Shown here: in pieces, positions 13,154 to 24,911 of the stretch
Layout: each line of letters begins with the position of its first letter
Position numbering within the stretch: the stretch's first letter is position 1
Origin: Lobosporangium transversale
Lineage: Eukaryota
Length of the DNA stretch: 35,435 nucleotides
Assembly (NCBI RefSeq): GCF_002105155.1
Contig: NW_019029083.1
Span: 1 to 35,435, forward strand
Direction: 5' to 3'
Translations under genes and position numbers: made by a program
The notes under the pieces: generated by a model
The model's database searches: none
Told to the model about the DNA's origin: nothing
What the model saw: the letters and a program-made list of their open reading frames with translations, nothing else

Positions 13154-13406
13154 GATGGCAAGAGAAGTAGAACAAATTAGTTCTTGTTTGTTGAGAGCGT
13201 TGATTAGTGATTAAGAGGAAGGGAATAAAATAAACTAAAAAGAGGAAGGGACTGTGGAGAAAGAAGGCTTTTATAAAGAAGGAGAATATACACGTTGAAA
13301 ATAAAATAAAATAAAATAAAAAAAAAATAAAAAAAAAAAAAGATCGAGGCGTGTATGATGACGCGCATCTTGCGCTTGTTGAAGACGCGTACTGATCGAG
13401 GCTTTT

Positions 13407-13440
<34 letters not shown>

Positions 13441-14551
13441 CGACTTTTTTCTGCGTGGCTCTTGCTCACAATTATCGATCGTTTTTTTTTTTTTTTTTTT
13501 TTTTTTTCTTGGCGTAGGTGGAAATGCGCTGCAGCACCGCCTAAATAAAAGGTACATTGTACACGATTTTTTTTTTTTTTTTTTTTTTTTTTCCAACGTG
13601 CTGGAGGGAAAACATGTCATATCTTTCATATCACTTTTTATATAAGAAAAAACTCTCTCATTATTAATAACCGACTAAGACAACAAAGAGCATGACGAGG
13701 CCGACTTTGTTAGCCACCCATTCGACTGTGAAAGAGTTTTGGATGAAGATTCTAGATTTCACAAGGCAAGGATGAGTGCGTAGTCGGGCAATGAAGATAA
13801 AACATCCATCGGATTAAAAACTTCGACAGCAACATTCTTTAACACCATTAAAGTGAAAAAAACACAACAATGTCTGCGAAACCAGCTCGTCTACATCTTC
13901 GGCGGTTAGTCATGAACATAAATTCTCGAGTGGTAGAGGAATAGCCCTCTATCTCCATTAAAGCAAGCCATCTATGCCTAGAGGATGGTCTCAATGCTTC
14001 AATACTTTTCAGGTCAAAAAAAAAAAATAAATAAAAAATAAACTAGAGCACCATATCATACATATATATCCGTCCTATGTAGTTTTTGTTTTCATTCATT
14101 TCATCATCATCACAATTACAATGAAAAATAGTGAATCATATAGATGTACTGAACATGTACGAACACAAGTATTTTTTCAGTAAAAAAAAAAGTCAAAGTT
14201 ACCTTTGTTTACCGATGTTTCAGCGGGGTCTCTGTCTGGACACTCTAATTACGTACTAGTAGACCAACACCACTTACTGGAGGCCCTCCATGTATGCATG
14301 GCAGAAAAAGTTATTTATGCCAGATCCAGCAGGAAATCAAATTCTATCGTATCCACCATTATTAAAAGCGTGATATATGCGCGGCATGGAAAAGTTTGTT
14401 GATCCTTAGTAAAATATCGATTTGGACTTGTCAGTGAGTGTCCATGCATTGCACTGAAGCCATTTAGGTTGGCGATGTGTCTGACCTAAGGTACCTTGGA
14501 AGGTTGCATCCCGATGCCATATCTTAAAAACCCTTCCTCCCCCTACAAAAC

Positions 14552-15241
14552 CTTGAAGAATATCAATAAAGCCTTTTCTTTCAATGATTCCTATCATCAT
14601 CAGCTTTCCACAATCTTCATTAACCCCAATGTGCCTGGTACTTGGTACTCGGTACCTAACATCTAAATAGTGGTGCTTTCCACCATCTCCAACGTCATTG
14701 TACAGACATAGACACGCAGATAACACAGTAGATGTGAGTGTACAGCCAGACAAGCAGACAACTTGACAACTTGTGTGAGCTATCCCAAAACTCTTTTGCG
14801 GATCATGGCCAAGGAGACAAGAGTAAACTTTATGGAATAAGACAAAGACAAGCTCCGATTAATATTTGGTCTAGAGTGCCTATAACTAGCCATTAGAGGC
14901 ACCGTGTAAAACCAAAGACCTGTTGCTCTCGCTATATTGTATCCGTCTTCCTCAAAGGAGACGTGAAAAGGACTAGCAAAATGCCGATCAGAATCCTTGC
15001 TATGTTATGATCCAAGTCGAGTGAGATCCCACGCTTTATTTAAGAAGGCTTTTGATGATCCAAAGCACCAAGAGCAAGTCGTTTTATTCCCATGTAGACA
15101 TCCATTGATCAACTCAAAAGATTCCACCTCAATCCCAATGCTATGTCTCTGTCAAACACTCCCTCTCTTCAAATATCATAAGATCAGTCCTGGAGAGCGA
15201 TCTGTTTAAAAGCTCTATAAGGGATTCTCAAAAGATCGTTA
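14552..15241 (+). repeat. Left arm of 690-bp near-perfect inverted repeat
   Basis: Reverse complement of 16676-17365. I found only two mismatches by eye (14558, 14998). The ORF track shows mirrored peptides (14997+ vs 16896-, 14753- vs 17164+). Confidence 0.97.
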
Positions 15242-15604
15242 AATGTTACCAACGAATCATTGAGTGATAGGCGCTATTTATTTTTTCTATTTGCATTTCG
15301 GTGCTGCTTTTTTGTAACCCACTGAATGTATATATCATGTTTAACTGTTACTTAATACAGACGCTACACACTATTATTCCTTTTATCTCTTTTTTACAGC
15401 TCTCACAAAGGCACAGCATTGAATTTATTAGTGTGCTTCACGATGTTTATTTTTGGTCATAATAATGTCTTTATTATCGAAGTAGAGGTTCAAATAATTT
15501 TATACAGTTAGCAATTTCATGAGTGGTATGCTTGCTTCTTTGATGTCTGATGACAGGGGTAGACTCTGCGTCCGAGAGACTGGGATGTGCTCTGCTTTTT
15601 TGCC

Positions 15605-15870
15605 CTAAAATGGGATTAGGCCACCTTCACTTCGTGGAATGGCTACTTTTTCAGAGCCCTTGAAGGGGATCCCTGGCTTCTTTCTCAGAGCTCTTGAAGG
15701 GGATTGGCCCACCTTCACCTGGCGGGATGTCTACTTTCTCGGGACCTTTGAAGGGGATTGGCCCACCTTCACCTGGCGGGATATCTACTCTCTCGGAGCT
15801 CTTGAAGGGGATTGGCCCACCTTCACCTGGCGGGATGTCTACTTTCTCGGGGCCTTTAAAGAGGATTGGG
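15605..15870. repeat. 54-bp minisatellite: 3 full units, one 34-nt truncated unit, one diverged unit, with ABAB higher-order pattern
   Basis: TTGAAGGGGATT-type unit starts recur at 15694, 15748, 15802 and 15856 (period 54). There is a truncated unit at 15660-15693 and a diverged unit at ~15606-15659. Confidence 0.95.
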
Positions 15871-16040
15871 CTAGCTATAAGATTAAATATGGAAAATGAA
15901 GTAGTAGTGAGTCAAATGCGTACTTGAACAGTACAGATACCAACAAAGACAGGTGTGAAGATCCTACCGTCTGCCCTAGGGGTGACCACAACTAAGGCGG
16001 CAGCGACTACGGAAATGACAGCGGTGATTAAGAGCTTCAT
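15651..16040 (-). CDS. Small secreted tandem-repeat peptide precursor, 2 exons (16040-15968, 15874-15651), 98 aa; not in ORF track
   Basis: Translation: MKLLITAVISVVAAALVVVTPRADA-SPILF-KGPEKVDIPPGEGGPIPF-KSSERVDIPPGEGGPIPF-KGPEKVDIPPGEGGPIPF-KSSEKEARDPLQGL*. It has a classic signal peptide and a 93-nt GTAGGA..CTCAC..TTATAG intron that joins it in frame to the repeats. Many differences between repeats are synonymous in this frame. Confidence 0.8.
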
Positions 16041-16129
16041 GACGTATAATGGATAATGGAGATTCGAGAATCTTGTTAAGTGTTGTAAGGTATTTGAAGA
16101 AAAGAGAAGAAAGACGTGAGATGTTCTGC

Positions 16130-16136
16130 TTTTATA
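16130..16136 (-). promoter_or_regulatory. Candidate TATA box of the secreted repeat-peptide gene
   Basis: TATAAAA on the minus strand ~90 nt upstream of ATG 16040, preceded by a poly(T) tract and followed by a CT-rich leader. Confidence 0.5.
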
Positions 16137-16137
16137 T

Positions 16138-16168
<31 letters not shown>

Positions 16169-16675
16169 GATACATCAAGCTTGACACATCGAGAGAAATC
16201 AATAGCTTTCTACGTCAAAGGTGCTTTTCTGTTTTGTTATTTGTACTCTTTCAGATCATTTCAGTTACAGCGGAACCTGCTACGCTCAATTACGCTCAAT
16301 GAACCAAGAACGGTTGCATGTCTATAAATGTGTACTGGTATGACGATATAGTTTGACTTTGAAGCATGCGACAAGAACGTTTCATTGGTCTTGTACGGCT
16401 ATTCTCGTTTTATGCGGTTTGATGCATTTCCATGTCGACGTTTGGGTCAAACAGCCCAATGGAGGAGCTGTAGTCGTAATACATTTAAAATTAGAATGAA
16501 CTAATTAGCCTTATTTGGCTGCTTTACATAATCAGCCAGGCGAAGCTGCTTGCTTGTCTTTGTTACTGATGATTAATACATTTGTCTTGGGATACTCAAC
16601 CGTACCAAGTTGCTCACATTTTGGAGTATCAAACCAATGTGACGGCATACTATCGGCTCTTTTGCCCTTAATAGA

Positions 16676-17365
16676 TAACGATCTTTTGAGAATCCCTTAT
16701 AGAGCTTTTAAACAGATCGCTCTCCAGGACTGATCTTATGATATTTGAAGAGAGGGAGTGTTTGACAGAGACATAGCATTGGGATTGAGGTGGAATCTTT
16801 TGAGTTGATCAATGGATGTCTACATGGGAATAAAACGACTTGCTCTTGGTGCTTTGGATCATCAAAAGCCTTCTTAAATAAAGCGTGGGATCTCACTCGA
16901 CTTGGATCATAACATAGCGAGGATTCTGATCGGCATTTTGCTAGTCCTTTTCACGTCTCCTTTGAGGAAGACGGATACAATATAGCGAGAGCAACAGGTC
17001 TTTGGTTTTACACGGTGCCTCTAATGGCTAGTTATAGGCACTCTAGACCAAATATTAATCGGAGCTTGTCTTTGTCTTATTCCATAAAGTTTACTCTTGT
17101 CTCCTTGGCCATGATCCGCAAAAGAGTTTTGGGATAGCTCACACAAGTTGTCAAGTTGTCTGCTTGTCTGGCTGTACACTCACATCTACTGTGTTATCTG
17201 CGTGTCTATGTCTGTACAATGACGTTGGAGATGGTGGAAAGCACCACTATTTAGATGTTAGGTACCGAGTACCAAGTACCAGGCACATTGGGGTTAATGA
17301 AGATTGTGGAAAGCTGATGATGATAGGAATCATTGAAAGAAAAGGCTTTATTGATATTTTTCAAG
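16676..17365 (-). repeat. Right arm of 690-bp near-perfect inverted repeat
   Basis: Reverse complement of 14552-15241; the spacer between arms is 1434 bp. Confidence 0.97.
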
Positions 17366-19002
17366 ACTTTATAAGAACCGTAGGTCGATAGCAGAGGGAA
17401 ACAATGAGCATTGGTAATATGTGAGCTAACAGGGCGATGATTAGAATGGTGTAATTGGAGGATGAAGGGCTTTTGAAATATGGCGCATCAGGGTACAAGC
17501 TTACTTCAGTCTGTGCCATGGAACCTGAAATTAAAAAGAAAGTTTTCACGTGCTTGCTACTCTATTACTTTGATGATCACTATGATCATCTTGGCAACCT
17601 CGAGTGGACTCAAATGGGGATGGCCCTATTTAAACTAATGTCTCACATGTTGGGGTCATTTATACTGTGATAAAAAGGGACTCGCCACTTTCTACAATAT
17701 TCACTGATTTTATTTTGGGTCAATCCATTTACGATATCTAAATCGGTTGCTGTTTGAATCTCTGTTCCAAAGAATGGTGAGGATAGGAAATAAAAGGTTG
17801 AAAATTTTCATTAATGCACACGTCGTATTAAATGATGTTTCATTTTACTGAATCAGCTCCTGGAATGCATAAGCAGTTTTACAAACATCAGGCTTGGTCA
17901 CAAGTCATGCATGGATCGAAGCATTGAGAGGGTTGATTGAATTTGCTGAAGCTGAAGCTAGGGCAGCTATCATTCATCTATCAACATTTCAATTGAGCTA
18001 TCTGCTGAGAATTAGGCTGCACATCAATAGATCGGCCAATGATCTCTATCCAGGTCTCTGTAGTCGTTGGAGTAAGTAAGCATCAACTCTCAATCTTGAG
18101 GATCATGCATGTCGTTCCTTGTGTTCCATTTTTCTTCCCCTGTTTTCGACGCCATTTCTTCTGTTTTCATTTCCTCCTGCATTTCATCTTTTTTTGCTTG
18201 CTTGGTTCTGTCCAATGATCAATTAGGGAGATAGCAGTAGACATGCATGTTGTCTTCCATTCTTTTGTTCCGCCCCCTCTCTCCTTTCTTCCGTCTCACC
18301 TGTCACTCATTCAGGACGTTGGTTTGTGTTCCCAGAAGAGGAGAACGTGTAATGTGTGCATGCACTGCTTTTCTTTCTACCGTTTGACTTCCATCAATTG
18401 CTTGTTGTGCCTGATCTCTTCCCGCCGTCCTTTGATATATATGACCCCAAACCCCTCATTCTCCCTTATCCCCATCTCCACCCTCTTTATATCCCGCAAT
18501 AAACCTTCTCTTCACTACGATTCAAAAATATATAATATTAATAATAAATACTAAAAAAACCACCAACAGCAGGGGGTTTTTTTTTTTTTCTTTTTTCTTC
18601 TTTTCTATATTGCCAAATTAAATAGCCGAATGGTACGCTTATGAAGTCGAGTCAATTGATCCTCGACCATGCTTCTATCATTCTTTTTTTAACTCTCTTT
18701 AAAACTGTTCTTCCCGCCCTTTTTTGCACACCTTTTTTTTTTTTTTTTTTTTTTTGCGGAAGGGCCCTTGTTGCTCTGATTTATATGTCTTTGTGCTCAG
18801 TTTTCTTTTTTGCCCTTTTTACTCTTTTTTATCTTTCACTTAATTCTCTCACTTTTTCACTTCATTCACTGATTCATTCTCTTTTTTCTTTTCCTCTCAT
18901 CTTGACATCGCTCTATTAGCCCATAATTTACATCCAACTAAAAGAGAAAGTTCTTTTTCTTTTCTTCAGAAACATAAAAAGTAGAGCTCATTCCCTCAAG
19001 TC

Positions 19003-22000
19003 ATGTCCTTTGTGGACGACGTGATGGAATCTTCAATTCGCTCTAAACACACCTCAACTCCTCCACTTCACTCATCTTACCAACGGGTAGACTCATTCGA
19101 GCCCCAGAACAATCAGAGTCCGCGTGTAGTGGCAGAAGAAACACCGGTAGTGGGCGGAGGAGTCACAGGAGTAACAGAGGCTGAAGGTTCAACTACGGGA
19201 GGAACTAATAAACAGACTTCCCATCGTTCCAAACATGAATCGGCACCGGCTCCACCTAAAGGAATAGCAGCGTTAGGGAACCGGCCTCGATCGTCCTCTA
19301 GCACGAAGGCGCTACTGACAATGGCTTTACTTGAAGCTCAATCAGCAGTCCAAAAGGATAATGACGGCAATATCTCAGAGGCACTAGATTCCTATAGTAA
19401 GGCTGTTACACTCTTGGGGAAAGTCATGGAGGCAGCCTCTACACAAGATGAACGTGAACGATTAAAGATCATTGTAAGTTCATAGAAAAAAACAAAAAAG
19501 AGGAAAGATCGAACAGCAAGATCTTTCTCACAGCTGGTTCTTACGAGCTCAAAAGTACTCTTACTGTCATTCCTGCTCCAATTAACGTTTTTGGTTCACA
19601 TATTCTGACTTTCTCATCGCTCATCTCTGCTCTTGGAAAAAAAAAAAAAAAAGCACGACTCGTATCGGTTCAGAATGCATTTGCTTGCAACTCCGCCTTC
19701 ATTGCCAACACAACAGTCTGTAATAACACCCGAGACGAATAATGAGAGGCAATCAGAAGGGGCCATGGAAACTCAAGTAGTTCAATCAACGCTAGGGACA
19801 GAGACGGCACAGAATGTTCAAGAGTCACGAAAGATACAGAGCAACGATGAGGAAAAACCTCAGGCGACGGCGCCAGTGGAAGAGTACACAAAATCTACTC
19901 CTCCTCCAAGGCCACCACCACCACCGCCTGGCTCATTGGATCTTCCGCTTTCTTTGAAAGAGGCACTAAAGGAGCAAGGTGTGACTTTTGATGACCCTTC
20001 ACCACCACTACGACCACCAACTCTAGGGCTTCCACCATTGCCCATGTCCCCTCCCCCTATACCACCCCGGAATCCTCCCCCACCACCTCCACGGTCTCCC
20101 CCTCCCCTGGCGAGTATACTCGGACCAGCTCCTCTTCCTCCACAATCTGTAGCAGCCTCTGCATCAACGTCAACAATACGCTCCCATGCTCAGGCCACCT
20201 CAGTGCAGATGCACGCTATGCCACTGAATGCTATGGCCTCTGTAGAAAATACAGGAGCATCGACAACAACAGCAATGACAGCTATTTCTGGAGGTATATC
20301 ACAAATAGCAATGGTTCGAAAAGATGCACCACCTAAGCAGACCAAAAAAAATAGAGCTGTTTCACACGGACCTCCTGCTGCAGCCCCTGCACCTCCTACT
20401 GGCGAGCCAAAGACGCGTCGCTTAAGAGCAGAATCAGCTTCAGTAGGGTTATCAGGAACTAATAATTTCTCAAAGTTGGAAAATACGTCAAATGAAAATG
20501 GATCAAGTCTGGCAAGGAATCGCTATCGTACAAAAACCTTTGCAGGAGTACCTCGTACCGCCCAAACAGACCTTGAGCATCAGCCACAACCACAAGCACA
20601 TCCCTCACCCACACTACCATCCCAACAACAACCGCAACAACAACAGTTGCAACAGCGTCGTGTAAGAGACAAGGAGCAAAAGCCTAAATTCGTCATCTTG
20701 AAGAGCGCCCCTACTGTACCATTACCACCACCTCCACCACGGACATCGGGACCAACTACAGAGCCATTACAGGCCGCAGACTCAACATCAGCGCAAAGCA
20801 GAGATGTATCAGCTATGCATGCGATGCCCATGTCGCCCCTTATGTCACCACCTATGTCGCCACCCGTACCTCAAGTGCCACCATTAAGACCTAATCGAGT
20901 GAGCGCAGCATCTAAATTTACCAAATCAGGAACACCCACACTTACTGCTGCACACATGACGTTTTCGTCCATGGGTGACGGCAGTAACAATGGACGGCCA
21001 TTGTCACCTCCACCTACTTCTCCACCACCAATCATCCCTGTATCGCCACCATTATCGCCCACTAACCCTGGGCGACGAATCAGACCGCTCTATCAACAAT
21101 TAATGCCACAACCACCAATTAAGTCTCCTGAGCAACAACAACAGCAGCAGCAACAGCTTCCTGAGAGCCAAGCGGAAGTACAAGAGCAGAAGCAAGACGG
21201 AAAGGAGCAAAAAGGGCAGGTTGAAGGCTTAGCAACATTGCATGAAGACGAAAGAGAGGAAAGCCACTCATCGGAATCATCCAGTTCTCATCGTATATCT
21301 CATTCATCGGCAAGCTCTGTAGAAAAAGAGGCGTCTTTAACTATTAATTCTACTATGGCTAACCAAACTCAATCTACAACAAAAAAGGGGTTGGAATCAT
21401 CGGCTAATGCCTCGGCCGACCCAGACACTTTAGTCGAGGTGTGGCTACCCAATTTATTAAATACGAGCTTTGCTACGTCAAAGATCTTTTTAGATCATCT
21501 AGAGCAGCCTTCAGATTCTACTCCTCAGGATCAAGTTTTCCTTAAAGGTAAATTGATACTCCACCAGGCTATTTCCGCTTTTACTCTCCTTTTAATATCG
21601 TCCTAATTATATAATTCTATTGAACATCGTACGGGCAGGATGGTATAAATCTACGCAGCATGGTCAGGAAGATATACCACCAGTGCCATCGATGCCACCA
21701 GTACCGCCTTTGCCGGCAGGATATAGTCAACAGTCACCAGAAATGCAATCTGTAGAACAAATGCAATCACCTACAACATCAACCTTACCAACCTCATCCA
21801 CCATCACAACGAAGGCCTCGCCGCTCGCATTATCGCTTGAAAGCCAACAGCTATTGGACACATTGAGTCGAGCTACTGCAAATGCAATGGCAGCATTGGA
21901 ATCGCATTCTGGAGCAGCTACAACTAAACCTGCGACACGGACTCAAGAGGCTATTTCACCAAAGCTTCTTCCATCACGGACAATATCAGCTACGACTACA

Positions 22001-23684
22001 GCCACAAAAATCATGGACAGCAACAGCAGCAACAGCAGCAACAGCGACAGCAACAACAACAATAATTCCCCTATTAATGCCAACTTGAAACCAAATGGAA
22101 GTGGTAGTGGGAACTGTCAGAACAATGCTGATACCAATACCAACAGCAATAACAACTCTAAAGGTAGCAGCAGCAATAACCAAAATAGCCCGACAATAGC
22201 GGCACCAGCGACCATGGCTACTACAAACAATACTGGAACTGGACGAGAATTGAGTTTACAGGATGTAATCTCGCAAGATCCTTTCGCTGGGCTGAAAACT
22301 GTAGGGTTTAAACGAGTTTGTATGGACCTTATTTTTCGGTGACAATTGGGCCGCGCTAATTCTTCCTTTCCTTTTTTTTTTCTTTTTTTTTTTTTTTTTT
22401 TTTCCCTTCTTTACGATCACCAAAGCCAATCCCCCCACATGAACTGGACCCTCCTCCTCCTGCTGACCGATTCCTTCGATGCTTCTGGTTTATGCATTTA
22501 TTAGAACAAACCATGACTACTGGTGGCTTCCTCAGTCCTAAACTCTATGTACCTCGCAACATTTGGTATCAAAAGACAGCTGTCCGACTTCCTGCTATTG
22601 ATGCCAAGATTCATGCATGTCAGACTCTTTCCCAGACATTGGATCGAATGGTAGCCCAATCCAAAAGTGGCAAGCTCACATTGCTGGTCGAGCTTGGTGG
22701 ACGTGTCGAGAAGGGTGAAAAGGATAGAGCGATGCTTCTTCATGAACTAGCAGCCCTTGAGAACTTGACTCAGGAACTGTGGGTGAAGCTGAGCAAGAAA
22801 ATGTCATTTATTCATCGACCTAATAAGAATCAGAGTGTGGGTAGTGGCAGCGCAAACGGGGGCACTCTGATGCTGGGCTTACAGCAACAGGGATATCGCC
22901 CATCCCATCTTTACCAAAACCAAGCACTTTATAATCCTTCAACGCAAACACACCGTCATGGGGATCAAAACCAATCGGATGAGCATGGGCCTTCTTCCGC
23001 TTCAGATCCATATAGCTGGCTTGGCTCAGAAGAGATGTGGGCCTCAACATTACAGTCTGGAGGACTGACCGCTGGGTCAATATCCTCGGGATCAGTCTCC
23101 TCTGGTACCTTGACGGGCTCTTCCATGGTAACTTCACCGGTTTCAGAGAAAGGTAGCGGGAACAACAACAACACTAGCCATAAAAGAGTGACTTCTGGTG
23201 GTGCTGCCAGCGATCTAAAGAGCCAGTGGAAGAGTTTTTCAAAGTCGGTGCAAAAGTCCATCGCCACTGACAAAATGTAAATGTCTTTTTTCTTTCTTTC
23301 AGGGGTTGAAATGGAATATAACGACAGCTGTATTAAGGACAATCCAACTGACTTTTTTTTTTTTTTTTATTTTTTTTTTTTTTATTTTTTTTATTTTTTT
23401 TATTTTATTTTTTTTATTTTATTTTAATTGACTAATGTTTTAGTGAGGATACCACCAGCTACACAGAGGCTTTAATTCAGCTATTCCAATCTAGTTACAT
23501 CTTGGAGAGTATGCTCAAACATTTTGAAGCCTTACCACCACATCAAACTCATTTCAAGATCCTGGGTCGACTCCAACGGATTAGTGATTTCTACAACTTA
23601 GTTGTGTGTGCGTTTGTAATCCGTGATCTGGGTGAACTCATGTCAAAATATGTAAAGCGCATGGGCGCAGCAGTTGCTGAGTAA
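19003..23684 (+). CDS. MIT-domain protein with long Pro/Ser/Gln/Asn-rich linker and conserved fungal C-terminal domain, 5 exons (19003-19473, 19654-21547, 21639-22300, 22426-23276, 23444-23684), ~1372 aa
   Basis: MIT-like helices KALLTMALLEAQSAVQKDNDGNISEALDSYSKAVTLL...ERLKIIHDSYRFR. The C-terminal LRCFWFMHLLEQTMTTGGFLSPKLYVPRNIW and VVCAFVIRDLGELMSKYVKR resemble the fungal MIT-protein family. The 4119-nt CDS is phase-consistent. Confidence 0.85.
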
Positions 23685-23862
23685 CCAGGAAAAAAAAAGG
23701 AGAAAAAAGAAAAAAGAAAAAAAAAAAAAAAAAAAAACAAATAATAATAAAAAGCCAGAACATGTAGTATAGAATGAAGAAGCACGACTACAACTACAAA
23801 AAATGTTTCTACTGAGAAATCCATCATTTATTGTGTGAAGAAAAAAAAAAAATCACTTTTTT

Positions 23863-24876
23863 TTACAGGTAGCGTTGCAAGACAACAGCGTTCAAAAGCT
23901 CTGCATCCTTGATAGTCTGTTGTGTATCCACCAAATCCTTCCTTGGGAAACTCGTCTGGAGAGCATAAGCTCTTGAGGATTCGCCTGCACGAGATGCATT
24001 AATAAATCCACGGATATCATTGATCGTGTGTGTGTGGTTAAATCTCGCTACCATCCGTGTCCCATCTGCTAAACGGATCTGGATTGTTGTCACTGGCTGT
24101 GATTCATCAATGTTCAAGCTTCGAGGCGTAGGCTCAGACGATGATGATTCGCCTCCAGGGAAGGATCCAGGAGTTGACGAAGATGTAGATGCGGGTGTCG
24201 CAATGCTGCCAAGACGGTTTCCAGTACCCTCGAAAGGTTTTGGCGGAGCCTTGGGCGGTTCCTTGTAATCTTCATCCATACGTTTTGCAACTCGCATTTC
24301 CACTGGCTGACCCGGCCTAACGTTGAGATACTTGAGTGGGGCATGTCTGTAGAGGGTGACAATATGGTCATTATTAGTAATAATAAAAAATATATAAAAA
24401 AAGATTATATTATTAAAATAACATATTTTACAATATTAATCATCCTCTCTTCATTCAACATTTCTGTGGGACATCTGCATACCCTCTATTGATCGCATCC
24501 AAGAACTCTCTATTAGCTGGGTCGGTGTAGCTCATCAATGGGCCATCTTCAAGGCTATATCCATTTCTCCAGAATGTGAGCTGACGTGTAACCTATAAAC
24601 CCATTGATGGAAAATGGTTAGTTTTTTTTTTTTTTTTTTTTTTTTGTGATGGTTAAGCAGAGCGAAAACAAAAGCAAAAAAAAAAAAAAAAAGACATACA
24701 GTTTCCAAAATCTCTGGTGAAGGAGTTGAGCGCACTGGTGCCTGTGGTGCCTGAGAGGATGAAGAGGACGAACTCTCGCCTTCACTTCCCAAACGATTTC
24801 CAGATCCTGTGAAATATGGTTTCTTGGGCGCAGGTTGTTCTGCAGCCTCTTCCGCATGTCTTTGGCCACCCCTGAG

Positions 24877-24911
<35 letters not shown>

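Noticed and set aside
15605..15870. CRISPR-like array
   Set aside because: The units are contiguous tandem repeats without unique spacers, the context is eukaryotic, and there are no cas genes.
15639..15927. Plus-strand repeat ORFs (EGDWPTFTWRDVYFLG and KGIGPPSPGG) from the ORF track
   Set aside because: They are shadows of the 54-bp repeat. The minus frame has the signal-peptide exon, intron, TATA box and synonymous substitution pattern.
14552..17365. Classical TIR transposon or MITE
   Set aside because: There is no target-site duplication, and homology fades outward rather than ending sharply at defined termini.
14406..17391. Mirrored ORFs within the inverted-repeat arms as functional genes or a transposase
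   Set aside because: They are short, have non-ATG starts and show no recognisable motifs. They are identical only because the DNA is duplicated.
16400..18100. Decayed LRR/F-box gene as origin of the duplicated segment
   Set aside because: Only scattered weak hints (SLDLDHN, LGNLEW, STLNLED) broken by stops; not supportable without a profile search.
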